Part shown: in pieces, positions 58,374-64,000 of the stretch
Position numbering within the stretch: position 1 is the first letter of the stretch
Layout: every line of letters begins with the position of its first letter
Source of the DNA: Planctomycetota bacterium
Lineage (GTDB): Bacteria > Planctomycetota > PLA2 > JAEUHO01
DNA: 64,000 nucleotides
Assembly: GCA_965222115.1 (NCBI GenBank)
Contig: CBDCTJ010000001.1
Coordinates: 591,638 to 655,637, forward strand
Direction: 5' to 3'
The notes under the pieces: model-generated
Databases searched by the model: none
What the model was told of the DNA's origin: nothing
What the model saw: only the letters and a program-made list of their open reading frames with translations
Made by a program: the position numbers and the translations under genes

Positions 58374-58529
58374 ATGTCCTTTCGGCTGTCTTCCGGAATG
58401 CGGCGTCCACTCTTCAGGCTGCGCTTGGTGAACTTCGTGCCCTTGGTGAGATCCTCTTCTTCAAAGAGCGTCCTACAATCAGTCATCCACACACCAACAA
58501 GACGGCTATCCCCGACGCGCGCGCATCGC

Positions 58530-61500
58530 TTATCGCGCCATCGCACGCTCGGAGAGCTGATCGCGAGGGGCATCCTGCGGATCGTAGTCGCCGAGCCGAT
58601 GCACGTGTTCACGGTAGTTGCGAAGATCGAGCAAGGAGAGCGTTTGCACCGTGCGCAGTGAAACCAATTGCGAACTCACACGACCCGGATGCCGAAGAAT
58701 GGTGGCGAGTTTCTGAACGCCTCGTTCCCGTGCCACGTCTACACCCGGCTCGTCCAATACACGCAGGGCATCGCCCACACCATCTACATTGTGAACGATG
58801 GCACGCCAGGCAGCCTTCTTGGCGTACTTATCCTCAACGTCTTGCTGTGCCCACCAGCGATTGAAACGACCACGTGCGGAGATGCCAATGAGACCGCGAC
58901 TGGGTAACAGTGGCTCTTGTGCCGCAGCAGCCGCAGTTTCGTTGAGCATGGCTTCAGCCGAGAGATCGGTGCGCAGCCCGAGATAGTCAGCTCGGTAGCA
59001 CATCGCCAATGCACGGATCATGCGCGGATCAAACACGCCCTGTGGAACGCCCATCGCTGAAGCAACGTCGTCAACTAGGCCGCCATCCATCATGCCCGCA
59101 AGCGCACGCATGTCCGATGCGGCGCGATCGCGCTCGCGGTCTACGCGGCGACGCTGATCGGGCGTGGCGTCGATGAAGTCCAAGTCGTCTTCAATGTGTG
59201 CGCCGTCCAAGCCCGTGGCATCGCTTCGCGGAATACGCACACCCATGTACTCCGCATCAAAGCGTGCGCGCATCCATAGGGCCGCCCACACAATGGGACC
59301 TCGCATGCGATCAATCTTTCGACGTGCCGCATGAAAGTCGGCATGTGCCGTGTCGGTGCGAATCAGATCTGCACGCGGTTTGCGAATTTGCCCCACGGCG
59401 CGCACAGTCCACGCCAGAACCCGGCCCACATTTCGCAGGGTCCGCCCTAGAACCCTCACGGGCAACCAAAGGGCACGGCCGCCGCCCAACCAACGGTTGT
59501 AGAGGCGATAGAGATTAAGCACGCGACGTTCGCGAGGTCGCGCGTCGAGTGGGTACGTTCCAAAGACTTGGCGAAACAACATCTTTCGATCGTCTTGCAG
59601 GCGAACCAAGATGTCATCCCCGAAGAGCGACGCAACCTCGGCGTCGCGATGGGGATCGTCATCAAGAAAATGAAGCGCGGTAAACTCGGTTGTGACATAG
59701 TCGCGTTGGCGCGCGGCTTGTTGCTTGCTGCCCGTCGGCCGCGGGTCGCCCTTGGCGAGCGGGATTCGGTGCTGCCAACGTTCCAAGACCTCGCGCTCCG
59801 CATCGGGCAACAAGACGCGTTCACCAAGCGGAACGGCGCTACGGCAGTAGTCATCGATCAATCGGGCACACGTTTGTGACATCGCCTTGCATATGAACGA
59901 AAACCACAAGTAAGGGACCGCGCAACGTTGAGCGACCGCCAGCAAGATCGAGCCGTGCAAGCGCTTTGCGTTCCTTCTTGTTCATACGACTGGACCACGA
60001 ACGCATTTGCGCGATCGCCGGTGCACCCAGGAGCTGACTGGTTGGTGCGCGCATCCGATTCACCGAAGAGCGCGCCATCCAAGTTGTCGCGATAGAGCAG
60101 CGCGACGCGTTCCATGGTTTCATTTACGTCGTCGTTTGAAGGACCTTCATGAGGTTTGACGAGCCAGCTCTCGACAAAGCTCTGAAACACGCTGCGGCGA
60201 TCGGACTCCCACCTCAATCGACGTTCGGCCGGCGAGCGCGTCTTCGGGTCGCAACACACCGGCGATCAAGCACCACACTGTCGCGCTCAAGATTGCGCCC
60301 CTTAAACGCCTCGGTAAGCGCAATAAAGTTGGCGTGGGCCAGTTGTTCATAGAACGACGTGGCCTGCCCCGCAACGCGGCGCAGCCACCATCCGATGCCA
60401 AGAATTATCAGGCAAATGCTCCCCAAGATGAGCAGCGTTGTACCGACATAGCTTTCAAGCCACTTTGAAACGCGGTGCAACCATCCGCCCTTGGGTTCTG
60501 GCTTCGCTGCCGGCGCGGCGTTGTTATCGTGCTCTTCCGCTGTGGCCGCCAACCTCTTGATTTACCGATTCGGATGCGGGCGGGACGGTCTTCGCGACGC
60601 CCAAAGACAACAGCAGTTGCACCAACAGATAGAACGTACCAAACAGCAGCAACCGATAGGCCGGGCGCGATGACCCTCGCACCAACGCGTTGCCCACGCG
60701 ATCCACAAACTCCGCAGGGGTCACCGTGCCATGCAAATCGGCGATCCATAGCGCTCGATCGCGTTGGCGGCCAAGTTCGCGCGACGCTTGAACGGGCCGC
60801 GGCCACAGTCACATCGGCGTCCGTCATGGTGGGCGAAAGCCGAGGCACGTAACGTCGAATGATCGGCAGCCATCGAATGGGCGCCCGCCGGAAAACGTGC
60901 GAATGGCGCGCGCGGATCGTTCGACGAAGTCACTTCCGTAACTCGGTCTCCAGTTGTTCGGGGCGTGGCGGAGGACATGCGAAACAGCAAAGCGTCGGCT
61001 GTAATCTCGGGTCGCATCTCGATTGCCGGTTTGCGCGTTTCATCGGGCGGCTGCAGCCAGCCTCGATCCCGCGCGCGCCGATAGGACGTAAGTCGCGCAT
61101 CCCCCACCTCGTCGCGCTGCTCGGGGGCGGTCTCGTGCAGTAAGTCCTTCCAGCTGTCGGAAAGTTCGTTGCGAAGAGCCCACCCGCGATCGGCGTCGTC
61201 GAGCGCACGTTGCGCCACGTCGCGGCGCTCTGCCACGGTGGGATGCAGAATGATGTTGCGATTGAGAAGGTAACCGTAGCGGCGAACCAGCCCGGTCCAT
61301 GCCACGCGAGAGAAATCCAAAGGCCCGCATCATGCGGATCAACGGCATCAGAAGGCGTACGTAGCGCGCGACGCGAGTCAGACGAAGAAGCGAAGGACAC
61401 GGGCCAATCGTGTATCGGAAGGCGCCGGGCTGGTAGAGCGCACAAGGCCAAAGGGAAGTGGACCGAAGAAAGTCGATGAGGAAGTGGCGTCCGAAACCAC

Positions 61501-62510
61501 TGCCACTTGCCCCGCACATGCCGGAGTTTGACGAAGAACTCCGTGAGAAAAATGACACACGCCAGCGTGGTCGGACGATGGCCAGCGTGACGAATCGCGC
61601 CGCGGCTCAGGGGAACGATTGCCTCCACCAGAAGAATGCCAATGACGAGGAGGATTAGCCAAAGTATCAGTCGTTCGGAACGGCCGACGAGCGTTGGCCA
61701 TACTTGACTCAGCGTGTGTTGAAGTTCCACGTTCTTGAAGTTCAATCGACAGTCGGCGGCGAAGACGTTTGAGCGTTCGTCGTCGCCGCCGCCTGCGCGC
61801 CTCTCAATACTGCGTGTGTGCCAGCGAACCGTGGTCGCCGGTAGACGACGAAGCACACCACCGCCTCACGCGGATCCATCTCGTCCACTTGCGCCAAGGC
61901 GGCGTCGGTTCGATCGGCCAGTTCGCGCACCCACCCGTCACGTTGCGCATCGCTCGCCGACTCACGCTCAACGGCTTGCACGAATGCTGCGCGTAGCGGC
62001 GCTTGCAGCGAGGCAACGGGATCTTCTTCGCTAGCCGCAGGTGCGCCGGAGGAGGGGTGCATGTCAAAGTCGGTGCGCATGCGCGGCACCTCGCAGCAGT
62101 GTTGAGAACAGTGCATCGGCCACGACGAGGAGTTTCGGCGCCGTCTCGTCGATCGTCTACGAGCGACCGCGGCATGATGGCGCCAGGCCTAAGGCATCAT
62201 CGGCCAAACGTTTCAATGAATTCATCTACACGGGACGCTTCTCTTCATGACCGAGTTGTTTAAGTGAGTCGCGCCAGTCTTCAAGCGTGGTGCTTACGGC
62301 ATTTCCTTGTTCGCGTGACGGGTCAGTGCTCATGACGCTGAAAAGTAGCGCAGCAAGTCTTGTTCAAGCGCGCCAAACTGCTGAGCACGTTCGGTGGGCG
62401 TCAAGTCGCTATTGGACGTAACCGCTGCGAGGCTCTGCTCAAGCCGATCGAGTTCATGCTCATCCACGAAGGCAACGGGCGACGGCGGGGGAGGTGATGA
62501 TTTCGTCCAA
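58530..62510 (-). CDS. Large (~1300 aa) membrane protein with ion-transport/voltage-sensor-like domain; multiple frameshifts
   Basis: Pieces in different frames: ACVIFLTEFFVKL..RHFLIDFL..RLTRVARYVRLL; start approximate. Confidence 0.55.
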
Positions 62511-62534
62511 CGCAACAACTCACGACAAGGCGGG

Positions 62535-63576
62535 CTACACCACGACGACGTCGCGTTCGCCACGATCTTCCCACGCGACCAATAACGGCGCGGGTTGTCC
62601 ACGTCTCGGACTTCAAGTGCGTTGAGCAGTGCATCCACACGATCCGCCGCGACCGATATCAACAGGCCCCCCACTGGTTTGCGGATCGCAAAGAACCGCG
62701 CGCTGCATGTCGTTGCCGCCTTCGTACGAAACGCGGTGGTTCTACATAGGCCGCGTGCGCTTGAGTCCACCGCAGGTGTTCTTCGCTGTTGCATGCTGTT
62801 CCAATCCTTCAATCCACGGCAACATTGGCTACGTCGATGCGCACGGTGGTGCCCGATTCCGACGCCATTTCCGTCAAGTGACCCAGCAAACCAAAACCCG
62901 TGACGTCGGTGGCCGCATGCACGCCTACCTCAATCATGGCTTCTGCCCGCCGATCGGTTGAGCGTTGCCATCACCACCATGACCGCTGTGGTTTCGACGT
63001 CCGGCAAGGTGCCGCCTTGATTGCCGTACACAGGTAGCCACTGCCGAGGGGCCTTTGGTAAGCACGAGCACATCACCCACCTTCGCTCCGGCGGTGTTTA
63101 CGATGCGCTTAGGATGAATCCGTCCCGTAACGCACAGCCCGAATTTGATCTCGCATCCTTTTTACCGTGTGGCCGCCGATGAGTGGGGTGTTGGCTTCAA
63201 CCAGCGTATCGACTGCGCCATTGAGGATGGCGGCGGGCACACCGTCGGGCAACCCCTTGGGAAGGCCATACACACACACACGCCGACACGGGTTCGCCCC
63301 CATGCATAGACATCGGAAAGACTGTGACGCGCCGATCCGACCAAACCACGTGGGGTCGTCCACCATCGGCGGGAAAAAGTCCACCGTTTTGTACAAGGCG
63401 CTAACTCGTCGTCAATGCGCACAACGCCCGCGTCCGTCGGCTGTGGACGTGCCCACCAAGACACTGGGATGATTCGGCAACCGCACGGGCGCCAACAAGG
63501 CCTCAAGTTCGGCCTTATCAACCTTCGCCGCTCAGCCGCCCGCGGCGGCGTACTTCGTCAATCGAACCGCACTCAT
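62535..63576 (-). CDS. selD: Selenophosphate synthetase, selenocysteine-containing; frameshifted read
   Basis: [29 protein letters not shown], LTKxLG, DVTGFG, DPQTSGGLL across frames. Confidence 0.9.
63491..63522 (-). promoter_or_regulatory. Putative bacterial SECIS element
   Basis: GTTGATAAGGCC-GAACTTGA-GGCCTTGTTGGC stem; G-initiated loop 21 nt after the in-frame TGA (63532-63534). Confidence 0.65.
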
Positions 63577-63579
63577 GAA

Positions 63580-64000
63580 TCAGCTCTCCGACGTCGCCAG
63601 CCACCGACGAACGTGGCGCAGGGCGGCAATCAACTCATCGTCGTCATCGGGACGAAGCGTTCGCACATGCAGATGCAATGCCTCGTCATGCACGGTACCA
63701 AACACGGGCGGTGAACCCGTTCGGAGCGCGCGCGCTACGGCGCTCGCACCGTGCGCTGCGTGCGTTACTCGAACCGCAAAACCCGGCAATCCCGACGGTA
63801 GGTAACGATCCGGCACCCACCGCATCCTCGGCCTCGACTACGTCCCACCGTCCAGGCATCGGCGTCTTCCGTGACCGCTCGTTGTAACGCCATTCGCAAC
63901 CTCATTGGCCACGCGCAGCCAACGCGTCGTTGGACAATGTGAGCATGGCCGTGGTCGGATGATCGTCGTGCAGCGTTTCGGGATTTAGGAACAGGCGCAG
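63580..64000 (-). CDS. selA: L-seryl-tRNA(Sec) selenium transferase, 3' part
   Basis: VGAGSLP, ALRTGSPPVFGTV..LHLHVRTL C-terminal signature; directly upstream of selD. Confidence 0.8.

Noticed and set aside
62330-62812. 160-aa ORF as a separate gene
   Set aside because: Frameshift chimera of the selD C-terminus and the start of the downstream membrane protein
59900-64000. Genuine pseudogenisation or programmed frameshifting of selA, selD and the membrane gene
   Set aside because: Dense single-base indels across three adjacent genes with intact catalytic motifs fit low-quality sequence better

Overview
GC-rich bacterial chromosome segment. The gene content (sigma54 regulators, Gld-type ABC module, TPR proteins, K/R-rich histone-like protein, sel genes) suggests a Planctomycetota-like organism; this is an inference. 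Core-like genes occupy 1-4 kb and 27.2-53.3 kb. A ~23-kb accessory island (~4.1-27.17 kb) separates a histidine kinase (27168-28724) from a co-oriented sigma54 response regulator (2448-3983). The main signal is a short junction motif, RGAT(A/G)CC(A/G)AG, typically AGATACCRAG, present in about 20 exact or degenerate copies in the island. It lies 0-8 nt after the stop codon of eight different cargo genes, always in the same orientation. It also truncates upstream toxin genes and an IS3, and it forms the inverted termini of two internally deleted REP-associated tyrosine (HUH/Y1) transposase elements. This looks like an integron-independent, HUH-associated gene-cassette capture or trimming system stocked with orphan toxin-immunity genes. 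One cargo block (12.7-25.2 kb) is a compact phage-derived module with no recognisable terminase, portal, major capsid or tail genes. It contains a repressor, an AAA_24 ATPase, an ECF sigma factor, two paralogous small beta-proteins, a 1665-aa polymorphic nuclease toxin with its immunity gene, and a lysis-like cassette built around a papain protease. A second small accessory patch (53.4-58.5 kb) holds GmrSD and REP-like palindromes. The last ~4 kb (ion-transport-like gene, Sec-containing selD, selA) is riddled with frameshifts, probably sequencing error. All family assignments come from motif recognition by eye; no searches were run.
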